This document shows, piece by piece, positions 1 through 7,517 of a stretch of 34,003 bases of DNA; position 1 is the first letter of the stretch; every line of letters begins with the position of its first letter. Below the pieces are notes generated by a model. That model did no database searches. It was not told the DNA's origin and was given only the letters and a program-made list of their open reading frames with translations. Location of the stretch: positions 1 to 34,003 of the forward strand of contig CAZWVP010000001.1 in assembly GCA_964636635.1 (NCBI GenBank), in the 5' to 3' direction. Origin of the DNA: an uncultured Candidatus Peribacteria bacterium (GTDB lineage Bacteria; Patescibacteriota; Gracilibacteria; Peribacterales; Peribacteraceae). The position numbers and the translations under genes are program-made.

Positions 1-2180
1 AGGCCGGGCAGGTTCGCCGGGTGAATTTCTTTTTTCTGAGTCTCCAACTGAGGTGTCAGTTCCTTCATAGCGGCGTCCACATCGCCGCCGTTTTCGTGCA
101 GGAGTTTGGCCAGTTTGTACGGAAGCGTCCCCGGCATGAAGCCCGCTCCGAGCAGTATTTTATGCAAATGCCTCCAGTCCACGTTTTCGCCCGCGTTCAA
201 ATCGCGCAACACTTTGGTGCCTTGTGTCGGTACCATGCCCGGCACGCGGTCTTCGAAGAAGCCCATGACGCTGGATTCCTTCGTGGCGATGAGCGTCGTC
301 ATGACCCGGGCGAGGGGGTGACTGACGGTGGGGAATTCCGGCACCCTGCCCGCAAGCGCGGCCGGGAAATGCTCGTGCCAGTCGCGCACGACGCTTTCGG
401 GCAGCGGCAGATCGAGCGTGCTCTTCAGCATGATGCGCAGTGAGGGCAGAGGCGGCGTGAATTCGCCCTGTGACGCTTTGATGATGAGGTCGGCTCGCAG
501 CCATTCTTCGTTGCTGCGTGCGACGTTGCGCATGCATTCGGAAACGAACTTGGCGCCTTTCATGGCTGAGATGAGATTCGCGCTCATTTCCTGAACCGTG
601 GAAAATTCTTTGAGATGTTCCGCCACTTCGTGCAGCGACTGGATGCGCCCTTGAGCCAGCTCTCCTTCGTTCGCGGCTTTTTTATTCAGGAATCCGACGA
701 TGCGTCTGTAGGTGAAAGTGGCATCTTCGTCTTTCGTCATCCATTCCAAATGTTGCACGAACTTACGGGCGGCTTTGAGTTCTTCGGGTGAGACGTTCGA
801 GCCTTTCGGCAAAAGCGCCTCGGCCACTTCTTCCAAGGAAGCGTTCGCGAGTTCGCGGCGAACGCGCATGTCCAAGCCTTTGCCCTTCAGCCCGGAACCG
901 TTACGGCGAAAGAAACGTTCGCGCTCTTGGAAGTAGGACCGTCGCAGATCATCGGCGTCTTCCGGCGTGGTGGAAAGCACTTGAATGAGGGCCTCCACCG
1001 CCACTTGGCGACTGACGTGGTTGTTGTACAGAATGCCGCGAATTTCGGAATCGGGTCGATACTTCTGCTTGCGCTCGTCCGTCTTGGCCACCCCGCGTTC
1101 TTCGGGTGTTTTTATGCCCGCAAGCTTCGCCAGTTGAGGCGTGGTGTAGCCTTGCGCGTCCATGGCCTGCGTGGCGACGGTGCCGAAGGAGGGTCTGGCG
1201 CATTCTATTTCCCAGGCTTTTTTCCACGCCTCGCGGAACGCGTTTCGTTCTTGAGGGGGAATGAGTTCTTTCACGACGGGCTCAATGGCTTCGGGGGTGA
1301 TGAGTTCTTTTTGAATGAGCTGCTGCGCATGCAGCGGACCGAAGCCGTAGGCTTCCTGCAGCGACTGTGCGGTGCAGGTGACGCCGTGAGTGACGGCCAA
1401 GTCTTTCTCCATGGCAATGAGCAAACTCGCCAGCGGTTTCTCCAATGTCCATGTCTCGTATTGCCGCTCTTTGGTGGCCGTCCAAACAGCCAAGCCTTCT
1501 TGGCGTCGCAAGGCATTCAGCGCCGCACCTTTTTCGTTTTTTGCGGGATACGCGCCGTCCACGATGCCGAGTACCTCCACGCAAGCGGGGATGGTCTGCG
1601 TTTTCTCACGCTGCCAAATGGTGTTGTAGAAGCCCGGCTGAATTCTTTCCACCTGCGCGTGGCCGCGATCGAAGCCGACGCGGTGGTAAAAGGCGTTCAT
1701 GTGCTTGGCATTCAGACAGTCTGCACATTGGGTTCGTACCTGTTCGATGGCTTCGAGAAGATTTCGAGATTCGGGCGCTTGTTCCAGCACGTCCGGCATG
1801 GTGAGCAAGTCGAGCAGTTGTTCCCGCACCCCCAAAGGAATGTCGCACTTTTCCCAGTATTCCAGAATGCGCGTGTACTTCGAACGGTGCGGGGCCAGGT
1901 TTTCGCCGAGGTCTTTTTCCATAGCCACGTACCCTTGCTGACTGAAACCGGCACCGTCGGCGAATTCTTTGATGGGCAAATGCAGAATCGACCAGCGCAC
2001 GGAAGCGATGAGCTTCGGGAGTTTGGTTTCGGTTTCCGCGAAAATTCTCTCCAGAGCCGCGTTGCCACGCTTGGCCGCCATCAGCTCGAACGCCCGCAGC
2101 TTGGCGGTGTCGTGCAGTTGCGGCGCATCCAGCGGCAGACGCTTGTGCAAGCCGGGGAGGTTGGCGGATGAGGGGCGCAT
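1..2180 (-). CDS. Large hypothetical protein, C-terminus cut by the window edge (at least 726 aa). Alpha-helical with about 7-8 tandem HTH (XRE/Cro)-like modules.
   Basis: Absent from the ORF track because it has no stop in the window. Manual reverse-complement translation from ATG 2178-2180 (MRPSSANLPGLHKRLPLDAPQLHDTAKLRAFELMAAKRG...) stays open, checked line by line, to position 1. The ATG directly abuts the helicase stop (TAAATG). Segments such as IKEFADGAGFSQQGYVAMEKD, YTTPQLAKLAGIKTPEE and ASLEEVAEALLPKG resemble HTH cores. No other minus-strand ORF in the track shares this frame. Confidence 0.75.
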   Translation of the reverse strand, partial: MRPSSANLPGLHKRLPLDAPQLHDTAKLRAFELMAAKRGNAALERIFAETETKLPKLIASVRWSILHLPIKEFADGAGFSQQGYVAMEKDLGENLAPHRSKYTRILEYWEKCDIPLGVREQLLDLLTMPDVLEQAPESRNLLEAIEQVRTQCADCLNAKHMNAFYHRVGFDRGHAQVERIQPGFYNTIWQREKTQTIPACVEVLGIVDGAYPAKNEKGAALNALRRQEGLAVWTATKERQYETWTLEKPLASLLIAMEKDLAVTHGVTCTAQSLQEAYGFGPLHAQQLIQKELITPEAIEPVVKELIPPQERNAFREAWKKAWEIECARPSFGTVATQAMDAQGYTTPQLAKLAGIKTPEERGVAKTDERKQKYRPDSEIRGILYNNHVSRQVAVEALIQVLSTTPEDADDLRRSYFQERERFFRRNGSGLKGKGLDMRVRRELANASLEEVAEALLPKGSNVSPEELKAARKFVQHLEWMTKDEDATFTYRRIVGFLNKKAANEGELAQGRIQSLHEVAEHLKEFSTVQEMSANLISAMKGAKFVSECMRNVARSNEEWLRADLIIKASQGEFTPPLPSLRIMLKSTLDLPLPESVVRDWHEHFPAALAGRVPEFPTVSHPLARVMTTLIATKESSVMGFFEDRVPGMVPTQGTKVLRDLNAGENVDWRHLHKILLGAGFMPGTLPYKLAKLLHENGGDVDAAMKELTPQLETQKKEIHPANLPG

Positions 2181-4751
2181 TTACTTGATGTTCATTTCCA
2201 ACTCGGCCGCCGAGTCGGCGTAGGCTTTGGCCAGGGCATTGCCGCGTCTGGCCATGACGGCGCACAGGCGGTTGATTTCTTTCAAAATTGCCGTGGCCAA
2301 TTCCTGGTCGCGTTTTTTGGCGTTATAGGCGTCGTTGGCGGCCAGCTTCAGCGAGCCGACATACTGATGAATGCCACATTGCACCGCGAGCACGTCCAAA
2401 TTCACGGGGCGCCCCGCGGCATCCAGCTGCAGTTCGATGGCTTTGACGGCATTCTTCGTTTCCTTGCCCTTCTTCCCCTTGCCGGACTCTTTGGGTGTGA
2501 CCGCTTCCACTTTCGTAGTCACAACGGGCATCGTCCCTTCTTTCTCGCCGCTTACGGCCAAGTGTTGGGAGAGTGCACTTTGCGATTCGCGTTCCGCCTT
2601 CTTCCGTTCTGCCTCCAACACGAAAGCGCTGGTGCTTTTGAGCGGCGTACCTTCGTCGAGCGCGTGCTTCCGACGTTTGCGCTTTTGCACCAATATGGCG
2701 TCGGGAATGGGTTCGGGCCTGGAAAGGCCTGCGCGTTTTTGGTCGCGTTCGTAGGCGTCGAGGTCAATCATGCACTGCAGCGGCGTCCAAGTGGCGTCCT
2801 GTTCGGGCAACCGGAAGCCCATCGCTTGCGCCATTTCGCGAATGTAGGATTCCCCTTGCTGTCCTTGCAGCCATTGCATGCGGAAAAACGTGCGAGCCTT
2901 GTCGGCGTTCGCGCCTTCTTCGGTGTTGCGTATATGCCCCAAACGTCCGCGCGTTTGGTCCAGCGCATAGCGGTTCATGTTCGTAAGAATGTCGTAACAC
3001 TCCGCGCGCAGACGCAAAGCTTCGGCGATGAGCGGAGGAATGGTGACGAGAACGCGCTTCGGCTCGCCTTCTTCTTTCGGCGCATTGAACCCGTTGACGA
3101 TGATGTTCCAGCGGTCGCCACCCGCCGCGCCGTCGTAGCACCACACTTTCGCGGGCATTTTCTGCTTCACGTGCGCTTCTTGAATGCGATGCGCGTATTC
3201 GCGAGCTTGACCGGAAGCCGTCACGACGACGGTGTCGAGTTCGTACGGCTGAGGGAGTCCGAGCTTCGTCGCGGTTTTCGTCTTGGCAAACAGCTGTTTT
3301 TCGTACGCCTGCCACGCTTCTTCGCTGCCCGCTGCAGGCGGGTTTTTCGCATCGCCGATGCCGGCAAAAGCGATGGGTTTCATGAGCTTCCGGCGAATCA
3401 TCTCCTGCGTGGAGAGCATGGGCGAACGCTCGCTCCAACCGTCGATGCCGCGGTCCTGCCCCGTGAGGCCCACGATGAGCGGCCACTCTCCGCTGAGTTC
3501 CGACGTGGTGTCTCCGAGTGAGGCAGGGTTGAGTTTGCCGGCTTCGTCCACCACCAACAGACGCGCGCGCTTCAGAATTTCCTCCCGCACGTCGCTGCGC
3601 ACCAGGTCGGCCGCGCGCGTGAGGGCGGAGCCGTACGAAATGCAGAACTGCGCCGGCGTTTCGAGGTTCGGCTTGTTGGAGTACGCGTCGCGGTTCACCG
3701 ACAACTGAACGTGCGAGGCTTTTATGCGATACTCGGGCGTTTCCACCAGTGCGTAAGCTCCGTCACCGCGGTAGCGATTTTGCCCGTCGTCGTTGCCGAG
3801 AGCCTCGCGAGGCAGGGGCTTTTCCGGTTGCGGCACGTTGTAGATGTCGCGCACGAGCACCATTTTTCCGGCCATGAGCGAAAGCAGCGTGGCTCGAATT
3901 TGCGTGCGCTTTTCCGCTTGGAGTTTCGCCCAGCGATCGGCCGGTTTTCCACTGAGAGCGGCGAGGTAGGCGTCGAGCTTTTGCTCGGCCGTCCGGCCGT
4001 CCTGCTCTTCGGCCGAAACTTCGTTGGCATCGAAGAGTCCGAAGAAGGGGTGCTTTTTGCCTCGCGGCTTTTCGAAGCATTCGCTGAAGTCCGTTCCGAA
4101 CATGGTGCCGAGGTTGTTCCAGTAGCCAGTGACGTCTTTGCGTTCCACGGTGTACGGCGGCTGGAGAACGGCATGCTGTTGGCCCAAAGCGTTTTGCGAC
4201 ATGTGCTCTTTGCGCATGCCTAAAATGGCACCCGTCGGCACTTGTTTCGGGTCCGTGCCGTTTTGCATCATTTCATGTTGGAGAGCCACGAAAGCTTCCA
4301 CCGTCACGCCGCCGACCAGTGTCTTGCCGCTGCCGTACGGTGAGCGCAAAAGCAAATTCGAGACGCGGTCACGCGTGCCGCTGCACACGGAAAGCGTGGT
4401 CCAAGCGAAGAGTGCTTTTTGGTGGGGAAACAGTTCCATGCCGTTGGCGTTGAAGCCGGCACGGTCCATTTCCCGCCACAGCGCAAAGAGGCGCGCGGTC
4501 AGTTTTTGCGAAAATTCATCGGACGGTTCATAGCGTGTACGGAGCCATTCCTCGTAGTCGTGCGCCGGTGGCGTGAGGGTATGAGTTTCGAAACGTTCGT
4601 CGACGTAACTCCAAGCCTCCGCATCGTTGTCGGGGTAGACGGTTTCTATGCTGCCGCGCATGCCGTGGAAAGCCGTGGCGGCTTTCTTGCTTTTTTTGCC
4701 CGTGGCCACCATGTCCACAGGCTCCGGGAGTGCGTGAGAAGGGGTATGCAT
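2181..4751 (-). CDS. SF2 (DEAD/DEAH / ResIII-like) helicase-family protein, 856 aa, with a Lys-rich linker and a C-terminal helical domain
   Basis: ORF track protein. Motifs: FPHQ upstream of Walker A SPYGSGKT (about aa 137-144), motif II LLVVDEAG (about aa 398-404), GLTGQ (III-like), and LDQTRGRLGH (motif VI-like, about aa 597-606). The segment around aa 688-770 is KRKRRK / KESGKGKKGKETK rich. Confidence 0.8.
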   Translation of the reverse strand: MHTPSHALPEPVDMVATGKKSKKAATAFHGMRGSIETVYPDNDAEAWSYVDERFETHTLTPPAHDYEEWLRTRYEPSDEFSQKLTARLFALWREMDRAGFNANGMELFPHQKALFAWTTLSVCSGTRDRVSNLLLRSPYGSGKTLVGGVTVEAFVALQHEMMQNGTDPKQVPTGAILGMRKEHMSQNALGQQHAVLQPPYTVERKDVTGYWNNLGTMFGTDFSECFEKPRGKKHPFFGLFDANEVSAEEQDGRTAEQKLDAYLAALSGKPADRWAKLQAEKRTQIRATLLSLMAGKMVLVRDIYNVPQPEKPLPREALGNDDGQNRYRGDGAYALVETPEYRIKASHVQLSVNRDAYSNKPNLETPAQFCISYGSALTRAADLVRSDVREEILKRARLLVVDEAGKLNPASLGDTTSELSGEWPLIVGLTGQDRGIDGWSERSPMLSTQEMIRRKLMKPIAFAGIGDAKNPPAAGSEEAWQAYEKQLFAKTKTATKLGLPQPYELDTVVVTASGQAREYAHRIQEAHVKQKMPAKVWCYDGAAGGDRWNIIVNGFNAPKEEGEPKRVLVTIPPLIAEALRLRAECYDILTNMNRYALDQTRGRLGHIRNTEEGANADKARTFFRMQWLQGQQGESYIREMAQAMGFRLPEQDATWTPLQCMIDLDAYERDQKRAGLSRPEPIPDAILVQKRKRRKHALDEGTPLKSTSAFVLEAERKKAERESQSALSQHLAVSGEKEGTMPVVTTKVEAVTPKESGKGKKGKETKNAVKAIELQLDAAGRPVNLDVLAVQCGIHQYVGSLKLAANDAYNAKKRDQELATAILKEINRLCAVMARRGNALAKAYADSAAELEMNIK

Positions 4752-4761
4752 AAAGTGCCAA

Positions 4762-4790
4762 ATTCTAGGCTTGCAGGCAGCCGTCTACAA
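4762..4790 (-). promoter_or_regulatory. Sigma70-type promoter of the helicase operon: TTGTAG-17-TAGAAT, with ATG 10 nt downstream
   Basis: Minus-strand reading: cTTGTAGacggctgcctgcaagccTAGAATttggcactttATG. Confidence 0.55.
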
Positions 4791-4797
4791 GTAGAAT
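4771..4797 (+). promoter_or_regulatory. Sigma70-type promoter of msrB: TTGCAG-15-TAGAAT, with ATG 6 nt downstream (leaderless-type)
   Basis: TTGCAG at 4771-4776, TAGAAT at 4792-4797, ATG at 4804. Confidence 0.5.
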
Positions 4798-4803
4798 ACT
4801 CGC

Positions 4804-5166
4804 ATGGTTTTCACACCCCTCACCGCCGAAGAAGAACGCGTTATCGTTCATAAAGGCACGGAACCACCGTTTACGGGCGCGTACGAAAATTTCTGGGAAA
4901 AAGGGGACTTCACCTGCAGGCGGTGCGGCAACGTGCTCTACCGCTCCGATGACAAGTTCGACGCCGGCTGCGGTTGGCCGAGTTTCGATGACACTCTCCC
5001 CGACGCCGTGAAGCAAGTGCCCGATGCCGACGGTCGACGTACGGAAATCGTGTGCGCGCAGTGTGACGGGCATTTGGGGCATGTGTTTACGGGTGAGCAT
5101 CTTACGAAGAAAAACACGCGTCACTGTGTGAATTCGCTGTCCATCAAGTTCGTGCCGCGAGCGTAG
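4804..5166 (+). CDS. msrB: Peptide-methionine (R)-S-oxide reductase
   Basis: CRRCGNVLY...CGWPSF...CAQCDGHLGHVF...RHCVNS are the typical SelR/MsrB zinc and catalytic Cys motifs. Confidence 0.92.
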   Translation: MVFTPLTAEEERVIVHKGTEPPFTGAYENFWEKGDFTCRRCGNVLYRSDDKFDAGCGWPSFDDTLPDAVKQVPDADGRRTEIVCAQCDGHLGHVFTGEHLTKKNTRHCVNSLSIKFVPRA

Positions 5167-5171
5167 GAAAG

Positions 5172-5200
5172 TTGCGCTTCGGGTTCGCGGCTGGTAGAAA
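5172..5200 (+). promoter_or_regulatory. Promoter TTGCGC-17-(TGg)TAGAAA, with ATG 8 nt downstream
   Basis: TTGCGC at 5172-5177, TG at 5192-5193, TAGAAA at 5195-5200, ATG at 5209. Confidence 0.45.
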
Positions 5201-5208
5201 GCGAATTT

Positions 5209-5712
5209 ATGGGAATGGAATCCCACGTTCGGCAACGCTTTGCCATTGAATTTGCGGACAAACTCGCAAGCACGGTTTCCGATGTTTTGCGCCGCAACAT
5301 CGTTGAACTGCGTCGCAGATTGCTTCGGTACCAAGACATAGCCGAGCAGGTCGATGTGTCCGCGGCGCTGGCGGCGCTTGGCGCGCAAACACTGGCCGTG
5401 CGCGAGTCCATCGTCGCGAGAGTTTGCCAAAATACGTTGTCGTTTCGCGAGCATCAGGACATCAATCATCAAATTCTGCAGGCGCGACCCAGTGGGCGCG
5501 AACGACCGGAGTGGAACGAGCGTATTGATGCTCGTTTGTTGGAGCTGGCCGGAGGCGCAGTTCATGATTCGGGCCCGCACAAAGGCGAGCCTGACATCGG
5601 GCGCATTGCTTCGCTTCTGAATAAGGAATTCGGTTTGCAGTTGGAAAAAAACGTTTGGAAACGCCGTTTGCAGACCGCACGCGAACATGCGGCTCGGCAG
5701 CCTGCGGTGTGA
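5209..5712 (+). CDS. Hypothetical protein (167 aa)
   Basis: The ORF has coding-like codon usage and a promoter directly upstream. No family recognised. The overlapping 387-aa minus-strand ORF looks like an antisense shadow. Confidence 0.55.
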   Translation: MGMESHVRQRFAIEFADKLASTVSDVLRRNIVELRRRLLRYQDIAEQVDVSAALAALGAQTLAVRESIVARVCQNTLSFREHQDINHQILQARPSGRERPEWNERIDARLLELAGGAVHDSGPHKGEPDIGRIASLLNKEFGLQLEKNVWKRRLQTAREHAARQPAV

Positions 5713-5716
5713 GTGT

Positions 5717-6085
5717 TCAGTGCTTCGGCCACAATACGCGTCGCACGCCTTCCCGTGAAACGGATACCAGTTCCACAGGCGGGTAGCGAGGGTCCGGAGG
5801 TTCTTCGAAATGCAGCGAAGCCGGAGGCGGACTTTCGGCTTTTGAAACTCCTTGCTTACCCCAGTTGTTCGATTGTTCCAACAGGTAGGTGTAGGTGAAA
5901 AGCAAGTTGCGCAAGGCCAGTGCCACATGCGTGCGCGAGTTCGAAATGGCGGCCGCAGTGCATTCGCCTCCGTACTCTATGTTCGCCAATTCCTGCCCCT
6001 GTGCATTCACGATGCACGCGGTGTTCCCGCGAATTTCCAGCGCACACGAACCGTCCGCCGATGGGCAACGTTTGGCTTCCGACAT
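5717..6085 (-). CDS. Hypothetical protein (122 aa, MSEAKRCPSADGSC...)
   Basis: Internal ATG (cat at 6083-6085) of the 207-aa ORF. The longer form is Arg-rich junk and overlaps the VOC gene. Possible promoter TTGCTC-18-CATTAT, 12 nt upstream of the ATG. Confidence 0.45.
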   Translation of the reverse strand: MSEAKRCPSADGSCALEIRGNTACIVNAQGQELANIEYGGECTAAAISNSRTHVALALRNLLFTYTYLLEQSNNWGKQGVSKAESPPPASLHFEEPPDPRYPPVELVSVSREGVRRVLWPKH

Positions 6086-6144
6086 GCGCGGCGCACGATA
6101 ATGACGTGCGCGCAACCTGACGAGCAAACGCTTCGGTTTTTTTG

Positions 6145-6153
6145 TGGTAGTCT
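6145..6153 (+). promoter_or_regulatory. Extended -10 (TGgTAGTCT), 6 nt upstream of the VOC gene ATG
   Basis: tTGgTAGTCTttgcgtATG. The -35 is weak. Confidence 0.4.
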
Positions 6154-6159
6154 TTGCGT

Positions 6160-6555
6160 ATGGACCCCATCGTACACTTCGAAATTCCCGTTTCCGATCT
6201 CGAGTCTTCGAGAAAATTCTACGGCGAAATCTTCGGCTGGAAGCTGCAAGATTGGCCCATGCCGGACGGTTCCACCTACATCGGCGTGCACACCACACCC
6301 ATCGACGAAACCACGCGCCAACCGTTGAAAGCGGGTGCAATCAACGGCGGCATTATGAAGAAGAACGAAAAAGTACAAGCCCCGGTTTTCGCCGTACATG
6401 TGCAGTCCATAGACGCCACGGCGGAGAGAATTCTCGCCGCGGGCGGAGCCATGGTCATGCCGAAAATGGACATGATGGGCAGCGGTTTCTACTGCTACAC
6501 GAAAGACCCGAGCGGCAATGTGATAGGACTTTGGGAAGACGCGCCGAAGAAGTAG
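6160..6555 (+). CDS. VOC / glyoxalase-bleomycin resistance family protein
   Basis: MDPIVHFEIPVSDLESSRKFYGEIFGWKL...DPSGNVIGLWE is a typical VOC fold signature. The track ORF starts at TTG 6154; ATG 6160 is preferred. Confidence 0.85.
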   Translation: MDPIVHFEIPVSDLESSRKFYGEIFGWKLQDWPMPDGSTYIGVHTTPIDETTRQPLKAGAINGGIMKKNEKVQAPVFAVHVQSIDATAERILAAGGAMVMPKMDMMGSGFYCYTKDPSGNVIGLWEDAPKK

Positions 6556-6569
6556 TTGCCAAAAAACCC

Positions 6570-7319
6570 CTAAGGCAACACCTTCGCCAGGTTCGTGTCG
6601 TCCGTCATCATGATGCGCGGCAGTTTGAACCAGTCGTCTTTTTCGGTCACGGGCCGCGGGTCCATGATGCTGGCCGTAAGGTAGCCTGCCGCCTTGGCGC
6701 GCTCACGCACCAGCGCGTTCTGCGCGGTGGACGGGTAGGCGAGGTGCAAGACGGGTTTGCCCGTGAGGGCTTCGAGTGTTTTGCGACTTTCCGTCAGTTC
6801 TTCATCCAGCCTTTTGCGCGAAAGGTAAGTGAGTGTGGAGTGGGAAACGGTGTGTGATTCCACGAACATACCCGCCTTCACCAGCTCTTTCGTTCGTGCT
6901 TCGTCGATGGTGCCGGGGTTTTTGAGGCGATTGCTCACTTGGTAGAACACGGCTTTCTGGTAGTACTTCTTCAGTACGGGCAGAGCGTTTTCGTAGGCGT
7001 TGAGATTGTTGTCGTCGAAGGTGATGACCACGGGCTTCACGGGACCTTGCAGTTCGCCTTTCAGTATTTTCGTCATGGTGGTGAGGTCGATGCTCGTGTA
7101 GTTGTTATCGGCCAGCCACTTCATATGTTTTTCGAACGTGGCGGGAGTGACGGTCATTTTCCAGCTCCAGGTGCTTTTCGCCCACCCTTGCTGAGGGCGC
7201 ACATGGTGGTACACCAAAATGGGAATGCTGAATTTCTTTCCGGGTGCGGTTTGCGCGTGCGTGCTTGGTGTAATGAACAGCAGTGTGGCGAGGACTCCAA
7301 GAAGCACGTGGTGTTTCAT
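6570..7319 (-). CDS. Polysaccharide deacetylase (NodB/CE4 family), secreted
   Basis: Signal peptide MKHHVLLGVLATLLFITPSTHAQ. NodB motifs ITFDD and ESHTVSH. The track ORF (to 7523) was trimmed because its N-terminal extension reads through tRNA-Leu. Confidence 0.85.
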   Translation of the reverse strand: MKHHVLLGVLATLLFITPSTHAQTAPGKKFSIPILVYHHVRPQQGWAKSTWSWKMTVTPATFEKHMKWLADNNYTSIDLTTMTKILKGELQGPVKPVVITFDDNNLNAYENALPVLKKYYQKAVFYQVSNRLKNPGTIDEARTKELVKAGMFVESHTVSHSTLTYLSRKRLDEELTESRKTLEALTGKPVLHLAYPSTAQNALVRERAKAAGYLTASIMDPRPVTEKDDWFKLPRIMMTDDTNLAKVLP

Positions 7320-7326
7320 GGGGCTC

Positions 7327-7332
7327 AGTATA
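7327..7332 (-). promoter_or_regulatory. -10 box TATACT, 7 nt upstream of the deacetylase ATG
   Basis: Minus-strand reading: ctacggTATACTgagccccATG. The -35 is weak. Confidence 0.35.
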
Positions 7333-7355
7333 CCGTAGATAAAAGTATTTTTTGA

Positions 7356-7442
7356 TGGTGCCCAGAAGAGGACTTGAACCTCCACAGGATTGCTCCTACA
7401 CGCTCCTGAAGCGTGCGCGTCTACCAATTCCGCCATCTGGGC
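7356..7442 (-). tRNA. tRNA-Leu (anticodon CAG), CCA encoded
   Basis: Minus-strand GCCCAGATGGCGGAATTGGTAGACGCGCACGCTTCAGGAGCGTGTAGGAGCAATCCTGTGGAGGTTCAAGTCCTCTTCTGGGCACCA. It has a 7-bp acceptor stem, anticodon loop TTCAGGA, a long variable arm and a GTTCAAGTCC T-loop. Confidence 0.93.
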
Positions 7443-7517
7443 ATTCCAAAGATCAACCGGTGGATTTTTGCCTATAGTCACCTGCTTGTCGAGCAAAAAC
7501 ACGCTACGCTTGCGCGC

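Noticed and set aside
927-2171. 414-aa plus-strand ORF, the longest track ORF in the first 2 kb, plus several 80-220-aa ORFs on both strands
   Set aside because: Arg/Gly/Phe-rich, low-complexity translation typical of an antisense shadow in GC-rich DNA. The opposite strand carries an uninterrupted frame with protein-like composition that is coupled to the helicase gene.
4765-5928. 387-aa minus-strand ORF spanning msrB and the 5209 gene
   Set aside because: It lies antisense to a confidently identified msrB. Its composition is junk-like (Cys/Arg/Trp rich) and it matches no recognisable motifs.
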